Assembly: GCA_964234715.1 (NCBI GenBank)
Contig: OZ174275.1
Length of the DNA stretch: 64,000 bases
Source: Podarcis melisellensis
Lineage: Eukaryota
Direction: 5' to 3' (one strand)
Shown here: piece after piece, positions 49,403-62,310 of the stretch
Layout of the letters: the number at the start of each line of letters is the position of its first letter
Position numbering within the stretch: position 1 is the first letter of the stretch
Position numbers and translations under genes: made by a program
The notes under the pieces: model-generated
Told to the model about the DNA's origin: nothing
Database searches by the model: none
The model's input: only the letters and a program-made list of their open reading frames with translations

Positions 49403-50365
49403 GTTTCGACTGTGGCACTTCTATGGGTAGTATAATGGGGAAGCTGTACCATGGGGCAAGGGGCAAGCGGAGGAAATGCCCCTGCCCCAATTGCCATGCT
49501 AACACTTTTCACCCCACCATGTGCTGGCAGAAGACTATGGCACAGTGTGCTTCAAATCATGTTGTTGGTCAGGCTGCAAACCTAAACAAGCTTTCTCAGA
49601 GGCAAAGAAAACTGAAACCTTTCTGAGCAAATATGCTTAGTACTGGAGCATTAATGTGAAACATAAATGTTTCCATTTAGAATAGTTTAATAGATTTAAG
49701 AGAGCATACACCTCAAGATTTACTTCATTCCTTCTTTGCTCACCTCTCTCTTTTTTTACCTGCTCCTGCCACCTGCTGCCCCTCTAAACCCCGAGCAATT
49801 TCAAGAAGCATGGAAGTGTTATGGTGATGCTGGCCGCTGTTGGTTTCTTCTTGTAGCTGAAAATGAAGAATGAGAACAATGACATTTCTGCACATGAGCA
49901 GCAAATTTTCAAAGGGTTCCATGAGAATGCAAAATATATTGCTAGACATTTGTTACTGCAGGCAAGGTAGGAACACACTGTCCCTCTGAAGTTCTCCCTA
50001 GATCTGGGCTGTACCTGTCCTACTTCCAAACACAGTAGCTGCCAGAAGCTCAGTAAATTTAATCATCAATTCCTTTAGTACACCAAGGATATGCAACAAA
50101 TGGGCCTGCTGGTATGTTTACATTGCCCAGTTAGTCCCTTAGCAACTCTTCAACAACTAAGTGTACAAACTTTTATTAAATTAGCATTCACTTTGTTTTC
50201 AGGTCCTTAGGTGTTTTGTTATCACACTCACATGAAAAACAGATCTCCTTATTGCCTCCTCCTTTATTTTCCTTTGCATTGAATGTGAATATCTGCTATA
50301 CACCGAACCCAACTGGAATGCATGGTAAAGTGTGTATCATACTTTATGCATGGTAATGTATACAC

Positions 50366-50712
50366 TGGGCTGGAGGAGACTCTTGAGAGTCCCATGGACT
50401 GCAAGAAGATCAAACCTATCCATTCTTAAGGAAATCAGCCCGGAGTGCTCACTGGAAGGACAGATCGTGAAGCTGAGGCTCCAATACTTTGGCCACCTCA
50501 TGAGAAGAGAAGACTCCCTGGAAAAGACCCTGATGTTGGGAAAGATGGAGGGCACAAGGAGAAGGGGACGACAGAGGACAAGATGGTTGGACAGTGTTCT
50601 CGAAGCTACCAGCATGAGTTTGACCAAACTGCGGGAGGCAGTGGAAGACAGGAGTGCCTGGTGTGCTCTGGTCCATGGGGTCACAAAGAGTCGGACACGA
50701 CTAAACGACAAC
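50366..50712 (+). mobile_element. BovB (RTE) LINE 3' end
   Basis: WRRLLRVPWTARRSNLSILKEISPECSLEG...LVHGVTKSRTRLN; (CAA)n tail; TSD AATGTA(T/C)ACAC. Confidence 0.95.
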
Positions 50713-50847
50713 AATGTACACACATACATTTCAGAATTGATTGGCTAAATTTTTGTTGTTGTTCAGATATCACGCTGTCAGTGATTTCCCCCATGGTAAC
50801 TACTTCACTTCAGGGTTGTTCACACAACCTAGTTTAGTTACTAGGTG

Positions 50848-50988
50848 TAGTTCAATCGGTACAGCATGAAACTCTTAATTTCAGGGTTGAGATTTCAAGC
50901 CCCATGTTGGGCAAAAGATTCCTGTATTTCAGGGGGTGGGACTAGATGACCCTCATAGTCCCTTCCAATTCTACAATTCTAGGATTCT
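50848..50988 (+). mobile_element. tRNA-Lys/CR1-tail SINE (P.s.1-like)
   Basis: Similar to 42965-43103. Confidence 0.75.
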
Positions 50989-51419
50989 ACTACTAGGGTA
51001 GTAGGGCTGCCCTGCCCACAAGTTGAGGCCTCTGGGTCATGGTATGCTCACCCTGAACTGCCAAGGCAACAGAAGTAGTTATTGCTCTGTGCTGGGAAGC
51101 AAGTGAGAATAAACTGCTACAGATAACATTGTAAAAGTCTCTTTTGGTCGGTGTTATTATTGCTCTATTTTTGGTTATTGCAGCCTCTCTGTCCCTTACC
51201 ATTCAACAGCAGTATTTCTGCACAGCACACTAAATGATAACAGGCCCCACTCACTGTGCCACAAGATCTTATTTTTGAGATTGCAAATTCTTCCTGTTAT
51301 TGCACTGCACCAGTAGCATGCTCTATAGGGCTCCTTGCTACCTGCCTGTTCTGTATTCGTCTGTACTTCTTTCGGAAGGAGTCGCTCCCTGGTGTGCTCT
51401 GTAGTTTCATTGTTGTGGC

Positions 51420-52180
51420 TGCTTTAAACTTAATCCGGATAGTTAACTCTCATTTTATTTTGCAGTGTGCTCCCGCCCCCCTTTCTAACAAAGCTTGTCA
51501 CGCTCTGTTTAATTGAATTGCATTATATATGCTTTGTTAAAGGCTCTTCTCTTTCTGAAGTGCTGCTCGCTGTATTGCCCCCCTCCGGTAGAGTGACAGA
51601 GGCCTCCCCCCTTAAGCTTCTCCCTCTTGGGCCATCAACAAGCCCTCCACTTTTCCTCCTGGTGGCTTTCCACAGACAGACCCCCCCCTTTTTCCTCCCC
51701 ACCAATCTCCTTATTACTAACCCCCCCCCTTTTTAGGCTCTGACTCACAGACACCATTAGTAGCTCCCCTTTTCCCCTCCCCTCCCATAATCTATCTACA
51801 TATTAAAATGAGTTTGTCCCTGATTTACATGCGTAAGAAGGGATGTAATAATGAGGACGTAGATTAGAAGATTTAGCACAATCGTTTGTGTAGATTGTGT
51901 CCCATCAAAGGGCAGCCTCTGACGAGCCGAGATTAAGGAGCAAACAGCTGCCGCTGGAATTCAGTCCATTTGTTTGTTTGCTGTTTTCTCTCTTGACTCC
52001 AGCAAACAGTCTCATTAACATGCAAGTGATTTGCTCCTTAAGCCTCCCCCCACCACCCACCTCCTGTGTATTATTGGGGGAGTTGCTGACAAGAGCTTTG
52101 GAGAGACCAGGCATGGCCCACTTCTGAGAGATCGGCATGCAAATCAAGATTAAAATGGGCAGTAATTAAAACATAAAGAG
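51420..52180. promoter_or_regulatory. Large candidate distal VSX2 enhancer
   Basis: TAATCC 51431-51436, TCF/LEF CATCAAAG 51903-51910, several AGATTA, octamer ATGCAAAT 52137-52144, TAATTA; no TE hallmarks. Confidence 0.55.
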
Positions 52181-54845
52181 AGGGGGCAGGACACCTTTGG
52201 GGAGGGGGAGGTCTTGAGGTTGGGGATCTCAAGGCAACGGAGGGCGGGGTGAGGACCTAACAAGATCCGCTGCCCCCTTAGATTTATCTCACACGTGCCT
52301 AGAGCCTTCTCATCTCTCGCCAGCAAAATGTATAGCTTCCTGTCAACATCATTTACCATATTTGTGGGTTTCAGTGGCCTTCTTGCAGACTTGGTCCATA
52401 TGGCCTTTGACAGGGAGGGCTTCCGTGTCCAGTTCCCACTTGTTGAAATCTGTGCTTCCTTTGCAGTCCAGGTTGCCCTTTTAAACTGCACTTACATGCA
52501 AAGCGTGGGATTAGACCGTATTCCTGGATGTTCCTTTGGGAAAGCGGCAGGGCTTAGTTTCTTTGGAAACTGTTTTCAGTGCCAGGGATCGGATGCTAAA
52601 GAGAGATTCTGGGCACATGCAAAGTACCTTTAAGGGGATGCAAAGCCTTGGAGAGCCACTGCCAGTCAGTGTAGGAAATTTTGAACTAGATGAACCAATG
52701 GTCAAACTCAGTATATGTTCCCAGTGTCACTAGTACTGAGTGGCTGTAACTTGCACACCTGTAACTGGGGTCAAGTCAGAGGGTCTGGCTTCCAGGCATA
52801 TTTGAGCCCTGGAACTTATTGTTTTACAAATTAGCACTGAACTTCTGTGGTACGAAACTGCAGAATTACATACATCCGCATGACAGGGATGAGAGGAGTA
52901 GGGAGAATATCATAGTATTTGTGTCAGTTCCCAAGGATATTGAGCTCAGCATGCTTTCTGTTAGTGAGAAAACGAAAGCCGACTGATGATAACCCAAGAG
53001 TGGCTTGCTAGATCCTCAGAGCGGCTGGAATATTTCTAATGCTCAGGTCCATAAAAGGAAGACTTGTTCATGATCTGAGATGGCTCTCTTTTGTTTTCCT
53101 CCCTTGCTTGCCAATGGCTAGTTGATATTTTTAGGGCTAACACGATCCTTACTCGGTTACCTTTGATAGATAATCTTGACCCGGTGAACAGTGGGATCTG
53201 GTGGGCCACTGAGCTAGGACACACATGATGTGCTTGAGTTGGGGGCTCAATGTGGATGCTATTTGCTTTTGGCAGAACTGATTCTTCTTTACAGACTAGC
53301 ACTGTCCGACTGGGTACTTGCTGCTCCTTCATGCTCAGTATGTGTCATTTGCAAATAAATAGTTACTGCAAAATTTCCATCCTCTTCTATGTGAGCTTTT
53401 AATTACCTATTAAACAGCTGCATAATTATTTTAACCGTCTTTTGCTTTGTCTAGCCATAAGTTTTCACCCCATCTCCCAGTTTCCTCCCTTCTACTCCCA
53501 CACCTTCCCCAAGTGACAGTTCCTCATACTGACAGTTTTGGTATTGTCTCAAAAGAAGATCCCTGCAAAAGCAGAATCAGTTCTACTCAGTATATCTGAT
53601 CCAGTCCCTGTGAGGTTTGGATTTGGCACCAAATTTAAAAGGCACTGCAAGTCCTGCTTGCTAATCAGCAATAGTGAGAGCACTTAAAGGTTCCGAATTC
53701 TTACTTTTGCAGCCATGATCTTACCTGTCCCTCACCTGACATCATGTTAGAGGGACATGGCTTGGAGAAAATGGCTTAGCAGGCCAAATTAGTACCCCTG
53801 CTGTGGGCCAGAATCCCCCCACTGCTGCCTTAAAAAATTAACAGTGTGACAGTTTTAATTTGCTGTGGAGCTGGTAGTTTAACCTCCAACCAAATTGTAT
53901 TATGATCATTTATTGAATTTATATCCCACCCTTCATCCCAAAATGGTTCACTTTGCATGTAAAGCTAAGCTAAAACACAGCTTACAGTGACCCCACAAGC
54001 ATGTGGTACCCTAGAGAGATTACGGCCACTTTTTTCTTCCTCCAGTCCCGCTGCTGCTGGGCTGGTGCAAGCTTAGGTATAGTTTGTCATCTGAACCTGG
54101 ACTTGTGGCAAGTCACCTCAAGGCAAACCATAAGTTGTCAACCAAGAACAAACCTTGGTGACTGGCTTCACCACCTCCAAATAAACTAAAAAAAAAAATT
54201 AGTTTATTTTTTGGTTACTATTTTGTTAATGTTGTTAATATTGTTTTATAGATTACGAATGCTGTACTACATTGTGAATCCTATAATATGACTTTTGTTG
54301 TATTTGTGCTGCTTAGCCTTTTTCTTAGTTGTTTTGTTAATAGTGATTTATAGATTGCAATTGCTTTACTGATGGTGTGAAATAGTTTTACTGATGATTA
54401 GTTAATTATTCTATGCTGTATTTGTGATGTTCTATTATGTTGTTGTTATTTATTGTTTGTAAGCCGCTTTGCAATTCACTTGAATGAAAGGTGGCTTCGG
54501 AATATAATAAATCAAACCATTATTCCCTGGACCCACCCGGTCCACCTCCTCCTTCTAACACTTATCAGTCATATGGGGATCCAAAATTCACCAGCTCTTT
54601 TTGAAGTTGGCAAAAGGGGTCCGGGTGAGCTTCAAGTCGTCATAGGAGGTTCTAGATGCTGAAACTGTCAAATTGGGTATAAATACTGAAATTTTGTGTC
54701 CATAATCACTACCTCATGATGACAAAGTCTGTCACCCCTTACAGTTCTACCTTTGGAAACAGCTCCCTTATGAAGGCTTAAGGGTGGGGCAAGGCAGGTG
54801 GAAAAAAGCAATTGCTTGATGGACAGAAGGAAGTCTCTCCCCTCT

Positions 54846-55289
54846 CAGGGTTCGAAATTAGCAGGGTGCCAGGCACATTTTGCGCCTAAATATTCTCCAT
54901 TTGTGAGCACCTCCAAAAGTGTAGGTGCCATTTTTTGCACCTGACTGACACTCAAGGATTGCTGAAATGTATGTGCTTTGAAGCCTTGAAGTATATTTTA
55001 AGGATAGACAATATGCTAAGGAGTTTAACGATAAAGAGTAGCGTGCTTTGAAAACTGAAGTAGGGTACCTATATTTTTTATGTAAACACCAAATTAAACA
55101 TGTATTAACAATTTCTGCTAAAAATGTGTCACTAATGTGAATTGAATATTAATTCATATTTATCAAAAGAATTAATCAAATGTTGCCACCACCCCCCAAG
55201 TGGCGACTAGACATTCTGTTTTGGCGCCCACAACCCAGGTCCCAGAAGCCATTTGGCTCCTAGCTTTTCTATCCTAGTTTCTAACACTG
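54846..55289. mobile_element. Non-autonomous DNA transposon (hAT-like)
   Basis: Imperfect TIR CAGGGTTCGAAATTAG / CTAGTTTCTAACACTG; no clear TSD. Confidence 0.5.
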
Positions 55290-55847
55290 CTCACAGTTTT
55301 CCGTCTGGAAAGAGTTTCCTTATGAAGGCTCCTTGTGACAGTGGGTGATGCCTGCTGCCTTGAAAGAAGTGGAAGCATGATTTCTCTTGCAGGACCTTCC
55401 TAGACCCAAATTCTCTTAATCTATCCTTTGTTCTCTTAATGGCCCACAACCCAAACACAGGAAGCTAGGTGGGCTTAATTTGCTTCTAACACTTTCTGGG
55501 TCCAGGGAATATAGGTGTCTGGCACCCACAAACTCATAATGGTACAATGGGAGAATTCTGCTCTGCCCCACAGCAATTAAGCTATGAGTTACTGGAAGGT
55601 TGTATTTTATATCCCAGGCTGTTTAACAACTATATAAAGCTGCAGGGAGAGTTCATAGGGGTTTTGGAATTCTGTGCCATATGTATGCTGACGACACCAA
55701 GCACCAGGCTATTAAACTGAAGCTGAATCCTGATAAGATGAAAACTCTTGAGGAGAGGCTGGTCAAGTTATTTTGGCCCCTGAGACAGACTATGGGAATT
55801 GACTGTGTTAAATGAAAGGGTGGTGTCGTGCAGTTTTTATTGAAATT

Positions 55848-55879
<32 letters not shown>

Positions 55880-55902
55880 AGGGAGGGAGGGAGGGAGGGA
55901 GA
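55848..55902. repeat. (GA)n/(GGGA)n microsatellite
   Basis: Read directly. Confidence 0.95.
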
Positions 55903-57084
55903 GTTTTAATTCTATTAATGTTTAATTGTTATCGAACGGTTGTTTTTCTATTTTTTGTGATTCTTGTTTTTATTGGTCAGGGGTCCTGTCAAGGGAAAAG
56001 GCAGAATATAAATATAAATATAGCATTAGTATTAGTATTAGTAATACTAATACCCCACTGTGCATTTGCTTTCCTTGGCAGTAAAATTACAGCAATAATA
56101 AATTTAATAATTAACATTTTAATGATCATTCATGACACTCAAAACCAATTGCCCAAGGCAGCCACTTCAATCTGCCTAATGATAGGGCTGGGTGTAGGAC
56201 ATTACAAGGCATTGCATTCAAACAGTTTCTTTCTGAGATCATTCTTGACCTAGGGCTTCTTCAGGAAATGTGATGATTTTTACTACTATTGCTATGATGT
56301 CACAAATTGACATCCTGTGTACTCCATTCTGTTATCTGGGGATTCTGATCTAATCTTGATCACTAATGCAGTGCAAATCCAACACACCGGGTGATAATCT
56401 GGCTACACAAAAATGGATTTTGAGACATAATCAAATCCTTTCATTTTAATGTGTGTTTTTTGCAATATATGTGATTTAAAGTGATTCTATTTTTCTCTTG
56501 AGCTGTTCTTCACTAGCTGCTTAAGAAGTTTACAAAAGCATTTATGAAACACCTTATTTGGGTTTGTTCTCCTGGTTTTTCTACCCAGGGCGGAACTTGA
56601 TGCAAACCAATTATATAATGAGGAATTTGGATGCCTGGCAACAAACCATTTCCCGTGCCTAGGAATGGGTTTTCTCTTTCTTTGAAATCCTGTCTCCTTT
56701 TAAAAACAAAAACTGAGGCAACATAATTTTAATTGTCTTTCAAATAATGTCTTTGACCTAAATGAAAAAGAGGCAAAGATATAAAAAGAACAAGCTGAAA
56801 GGGAGCTTGTTGACTCGTTCCAGGTGGCATTTTGATACTGTAAACTGCCCTGTGATCCTCAGATGAAGGGCAGTATACAGATTAAATAAGTAAACAAAAC
56901 TCCCAAGTCCATAGATCGAATGCAAACCATTCATGCTTATGGTTTTTCCCCCAAGGTAGCATTTACTGCACTCATGAATGAAGGTTCCTCATGTCTGCCT
57001 GAACTGCCTAAATTCAGACTTGGAAAACCCAATGTGGCGGTGTAGGGAAACATTGCTGGATGGGTGATGATAACCACAAACATA

Positions 57085-57260
57085 TGAACATAGGACACTA
57101 CCTTATACCAGGTCACACCACTGGTCCATTTAGTTCAGTTTTGTCAACACTGACTGGCAATAGTTCTTCAAACTTCCAGGCAGGAGTCTTTCCCACCCTG
57201 CCTCGACACACCAGGGACTGAGCAAAACCATGCGTTCAACCACACAAGCCAGATGAGCAG
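57085..57260 (-). mobile_element. Squam2-like SINE
   Basis: Antisense tail ACATAGGA..CCTTATAC..CCACTGGTCCATTTAGTTCAG. Confidence 0.6.
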
Positions 57261-57589
57261 ACTGGGCAGACTGGACTACAACTATAGGGCAGATATGCCT
57301 TACAGGTTCACCTTTTGGTGGCATCTCAGTGAAGGCACAAGAAGTCCTACCACAGCATCACCTTCAGAGAAGGACGACTCAGCCAATGCATCTTCTCCCA
57401 ACTGCCTTACGTTGCATCCAGAGACTCTGGGGGGTTGAAGGAAGGAAGTGTGGGGTGGTGGTGGCCGACCGAAGGGGTCTGTGTGCCTTTAAGAAGTTCC
57501 TGGCTGTCCTGGTGTCTGTGGTGCAGTGAGGCAGGGAATGCGCCGCTGATACTAACCAAGTTTGCCAGCCATGCTTTTCTCATGGCTCC

Positions 57590-57740
57590 CACACAATGGC
57601 CCGTTTTTTGCCCACCTGCCGATAATGCTTAATTAGGCGAGGAGTTGATTAATTTGAGGTAATTGACAGCTAATTACGGTCCTGAGGGCTCATTAATTTG
57701 ACGTCTTGTCTCAGTGAATTGGCTGAAGGGGGTCAGGTGA
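57590..57740. promoter_or_regulatory. Dense Q50-homeodomain/MEIS motif cluster (candidate enhancer)
   Basis: CTTAATTAG, GATTAATT, TAATTGACAGCTAATTA (TGACAG 57664-57669), CATTAATT within ~80 bp. Confidence 0.55.
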
Positions 57741-58377
57741 TGTGCGATCTCCCCTCCCCCCCTTCCTTCTCGTGCTTGTGTCTACTTGTTCCTCTCAAGC
57801 ACGGTGGAACTGCGGGAATTCACCTGCATGCATTGCTGGAGAACAGTTCCATGGAGGGGGGAGAGGCATAAAGCTTACTAGAGGGGAAAAATAAGTGTTG
57901 TGGGGCAGGAGGGACACAAATCGAGGGAAGCAGGAAGCAGTCCCCAAAGAGATTTTAACTTATTGGCCTTAGCTCATTGACTCGGTTCTTGCAGGGGATG
58001 TACCTGAGCTTGGAATGAAGGAGCACTGGAATGTCTACAAGGCACAGTCACAGCTGGATCAAAACAGATGCTCTCCAGACTAGGGCAAAGGGACACCGGT
58101 GAGAACATAAATCATGTTAATAAGGGAGTACATCTCATATAGGTACACTGAAGAGCAGCCTTGTATTCTTTTCTGCATCAAGATATACAAGTTGCAGAGA
58201 TGGTGCTCTTCATGTGAGGCTGGTAGGCATTCTACTGGTGCCTTCAAGATGTTTTGGATTACAATTCCCACCATTGGCAGCCAGCACAGCCATGCTAGCC
58301 TGGATTGATGGGAGTTGCAGGCCAAAATTTATGGAGGGCATCAGATTTGTAAAGCTAGACTATAGACTGTAGCCAAT

Positions 58378-58485
58378 GATAGCTTATGCCATAAAAAGTG
58401 TTAGTCTTTAAGGTGCCTCAAGACCCTTGATGCTTTTTCAAAATATACTGATACAAGAGAAACCATTAAGTCTGCCACTCTGACC
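58378..58485 (+). mobile_element. Penelope-like element terminal fragment
   Basis: AGCTTATGCCATAAAAAGTGTTAGTCTTTAAGGTGCC resembles recalled sauropsid Penelope termini. Confidence 0.55.
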
Positions 58486-59015
58486 TTCTTATTTGGTGGC
58501 ACAATCTCACAGAAGGGTTTCATATGCTTCTTATTCTCCAGGTTAGACTGCAACAGTCTTATGCTCAAGGCATATTTAATGACGACGCCCTCCAAACCTA
58601 TTCTTGAACCCTTAAAGGGACTGGTTTTTAAATGCTGCTACAATGTTGGTTACCGTGGTTCTGATTTTGAAGTGGTTTCAAGGAAAACATGGGAAACATT
58701 ACATCAGAATTGAGAGCTGGACCATAAAGAAGGCTGATTGCCGAAGAATTGATGCTTTTGAATTATGGTGCTGGAGGAGACTCTTGAGAGACCCATGGAC
58801 TGCAAGAAGATCAAACCTCTCCATTCTGAAGGAAATCAGCCCTGAGTGCTCACTGGAAGGACAGATCCTGAAGCTGAGGCTCCAATACTTTGGCCACCTC
58901 ATGAGAAAAGAATACTCCCTGGAAAAGACCCTGATGTTGGGAAAGATTGAGGGCACAAGGAGAAGGGGACAACAGAAGACGAGATGGTTGGACGGTGTTC
59001 TCAAAGCTACTAACA

Positions 59016-59787
59016 GCCACGGACAGAAAGTCTCTACAGAGGGTGGTGAATACAGCACATGATATCATGGGCTGTCCCTTGAGTCCGCTAGATGACATCA
59101 CAAGGGATTGTTGCCTTAGGAGAGCAAGAAAAATTCTCAGGGATGACTCATACCCCAGCCATCACCTCTTTAATCTACCCTTGGGCAGGAGATATAGAAG
59201 TATAATCAGCCATAAAGGTAAAGGGACTCCTGACCATTAGGTCCAGTCATGGCCGACTCTGGGGTTGCGGCGCTCATCTCGCTTTATTGGCCGAGGGAGC
59301 CGGCGTACAGCTTCCGGGTCATGTGGCCAGCATGACTAAGCTGCTTCTGGCGAACCCGAGCAGCGCACGGAAATGCCGTTTACCTTCCCGCCGGAGCGGT
59401 ACCTATTTATCTACTTGCACTTTGACATGTTTTCTAACTGCTAGGTTGGCAGGAGCAGGGACCAAGCAACGGGAGCTCACCCCATCGTGGGGATTCGAAC
59501 CACCAACCTTCTTATTGGCAAGTCCTAGTCTCTGTGGTTTAACCCACAGCGCCACCGGCGTTCCATAATCAGCCGTACCAACAGGCTAAAAAATAGCTTC
59601 TATCCGTGGGCTGTTAGGGTGTTGAATGGAAAATAACATAGCAAAATTGACTTGCGAGGTGGTGTGTTGTTCGATAAGCACACAGAGTGCAACGAGATTG
59701 AGTGTTTTTTTGGGGGGGGAGGGAGGCTCGTTTAATTTCATTGTACACAGGTTGTACAATGACAATAAATGTATTATTTTTATTATT
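59016..59787 (+). mobile_element. Rex1/Babar LINE 3' fragment nested in BovB
   Basis: ATDRKSLQRVVNTAHDIMGCPL...HHLFNLPLGRRYRSIIS|RTNRLKNSFYPWAVRVLN; 3' end CATTGTAC..GTACAATGACAATAAA plus (TTA)n. Confidence 0.85.
59214..59564 (-). mobile_element. Sauria (Squam1) SINE nested in the Rex1 fragment
   Basis: Full-length antisense copy; TSD ATAATCAGCC(A/G)TA. Confidence 0.93.
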
Positions 59788-60521
59788 AACATGAGTTTGA
59801 CCAAACTGCGGGAGGCAGTGGAAGACAGGAGTACCTGTCGTGCTCTGGTCCATGGGGTCATGACTAAATGACTAAACAACAACAAATCAGTGATCACGGT
59901 TTTCATCCTAGTGAAGGTGCAAAGTAGGACCATCAGATCACCAGCTTCCCACAGAACAATTGACAGAAGCTTGATCACAGAATGCCACAAGGAGAATTAA
60001 GAACTTCAGAAAATTTGAGCAAGTGATCCAAGCCACAAGCTGAAGTATAAGGCAAGAAGCAAATGAAAATGCCCACTAGTTAAAATACAGGAGTCTGGAT
60101 GAATTGTTTAAAATACATGATCAAAACTAAATTGAAAATAAAATAATACAATTTTCCATATCTACAAAACCAGTTGTTGTGTATGTGCGCGCATGCGCAT
60201 TTTGCAGGGGGTGGGGAGATGCTATCAAATTCATTCTGGTTGCTCCAAATGAGATGTCATCAATGCGTTCTATAATTATAGCAAGATGTTCTTATGCTTA
60301 TAAGAAAAGCTAACAGCAAAAATGATTAACAAACGTCTTTTCAGTACATTGTTATTGATATAAGTTACATTTCTGCTGCCCTTGTTCAGCTAAGAGATCC
60401 AGGTCATTCTCAGTCTTCTGGAATTCCACTGGCTGCACACTTCCAGGGTCAAAGCAGCAAGTTTCACCTTTCTAGTTTGTTCCTTGTACCCTTCCTCCCT
60501 GCAAATAGCACATGTCCTAGG

Positions 60522-60690
60522 CATAGCTGTCAACTTTCAGATTTGAAAATAAGGGATCAGCAGCCTCATCTGTCCCGGGGAGAGTCTACGGGATATCTAA
60601 CAATCCGGGATAGCAGCGGGAAGCAGTAGGAAACGGTACTGGAATAAGGGAATTTCCCACACAAAAAAAAAGGGAAGGTTGACAGCTATG
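60522..60690. mobile_element. hAT MITE, same TIR family as 3773-3862
   Basis: TIR CATAGCTGTCAAC/GTTGACAGCTATG; 8-bp TSD GTCCTAGG. Confidence 0.92.
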
Positions 60691-61049
60691 GTCCTAGGAG
60701 CTACATATTTGCTAAACTTTAGATTCACTGGATATAATAAAACAGTAAATCCAAACCATCCTAAACATACTTATATTAAAGGGAAGCATGAAGAATTAAT
60801 AAATCAATGAGTTTTTCTAGCAGATCCTTGTTTGCCTATTTCCTCTTCCTTCTTCCCAGAGCACCTTTAGGTTTCAAAAAGGACATATTTTCCTATGACA
60901 TCACACAACCTCCCAAATCTCCTGTGTTTGTCCACTCCTCAGATTGGGGAGCGGGGGAGGATAGCTTTTTGTAGTCCCATCCTTCCCACCCCTGCTTGGC
61001 TTTCCTTGGGGATGCAATACTCTATAGCGCTGACTGTTGCAATGAAATA

Positions 61050-61215
61050 ATGTACCAGGATGCGGTCTGAGGCAATGCAAAATAACTACATTGCTGAAGC
61101 TAAGCAGGTCTGTGTCTGCTTTGTGCCTAGAATGGGAACCTCCTGGAAATAGTATGTATGCTGCTGCCTGTTTCAGAATGGAGGAAAGACAGTATATTGT
61201 GGGATATTTAAAATG
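61050..61215 (+). mobile_element. 5S rRNA-derived SINE remnant
   Basis: GAAGCTAAGCAGGTC...ATGGGAACCTCCTGGAAATA..TGCTG aligns by eye to the 3' half of 5S rRNA; tail like 46425-46600. Confidence 0.55.
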
Positions 61216-62310
61216 CAGGCAAAAACCAACAGCTCATGTTTTGCCAGACAGGCGCATGATAGGAGCTGAAGATCATAGAGTTTTCCTGTAAGTTTGCAAG
61301 AGAGAACTCTGTGAGAGACACTCCCGCTGTGCCCTGACAGGAACTATATATATTCTCTTACCTGCCTGGGCACGTTCTCTTTTTCGTCTCTTCCTCATCG
61401 CTTTCCACCAAGTAAGAAATGTGAGAACATCTGCTGAGTCTGAGCTCCAATGCTCAGACTCCATTTTAAACTAGACTAAAGTATAATTTTGTAACTGAAT
61501 TACCATTTTAAACCTCCCCGAACAAAGCTGATGAATCTGTTACTCTTCAGCAAGTATTCTGAGTAAATGTTATTTTTACCTTTTACAAGACTATCTATAT
61601 GATTATTGTTTTAAGGGGAAGAACCAAGAAAATGCAGTTTGCCTTAAGGCACCCTGGATTACTTAAATTAAAAGGCAAAAACTAGCCTATTTAAGCTTCC
61701 CTTTTAAGCTACAAAGGGATGGCACTCTGTTGAACTCACAAACGTGAGGAAGGAAGGATAATATATAATAAATATATCCTCCACTAGCATCTATTCACAT
61801 CCCAATAGATATAAAGGTATGATAAAAATGAAGACACAGATGCTCAAGCTCCCGTCTTTAATGCAACCTGATGCATGAGGCTAAAGGTTTTACTTTAATT
61901 TTATTTTTAAAGTAAAGGTGTGAGGGCAGTTCAAGAGGCAAATATGAATGCCTGGGCAACGGAGATGACAAGCTGCTGACAACATGGAAACTAGATGTTC
62001 TTGACTCATGGCATTTCCAGATATAATCCAGGAGCTGAGCATTAAGTGTGCAAAAGCAGATCACTTACAAATTGATATTATATGGTCCCTTTAAATGGCT
62101 CTGCAGCTATATTTTTGTGGACGTTGGCATATGTTGATCTTTACCCACATATATTTTTGGTGTCCAATCTTAAAAAACCTGTGAGTCATGCTACATAATG
62201 GTTGATGATTAATGGTTCCTAGAACTAAAAAGAAAAGAAAAGAAAAACATGGACAGGCTTTTGTGTCCTTTACATGAGAAGACTCAACATTTTGAACTAA
62301 TGTAACCCAA

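Larger units (their letters stand above)
58712..59885 (+). mobile_element. BovB LINE 3' end split into 58712-59015 and ~59788-59885
   Basis: ESWTIKKADCRRIDAFELWCWRRLLR...VLKATN resumes as NMSLTKLREAVEDRS; TAACA duplicated at the break. Confidence 0.93.

Noticed and set aside
61090-61170. 5S rRNA gene
   Set aside because: Only the 3' half is present and it is heavily diverged; treated as SINE-derived
61273-61464. Exon-like minus-strand ORF with a basic patch and a CAG|GTAAG donor
   Set aside because: No similarity to a protein I recognise and no partner exons; one donor match is not enough
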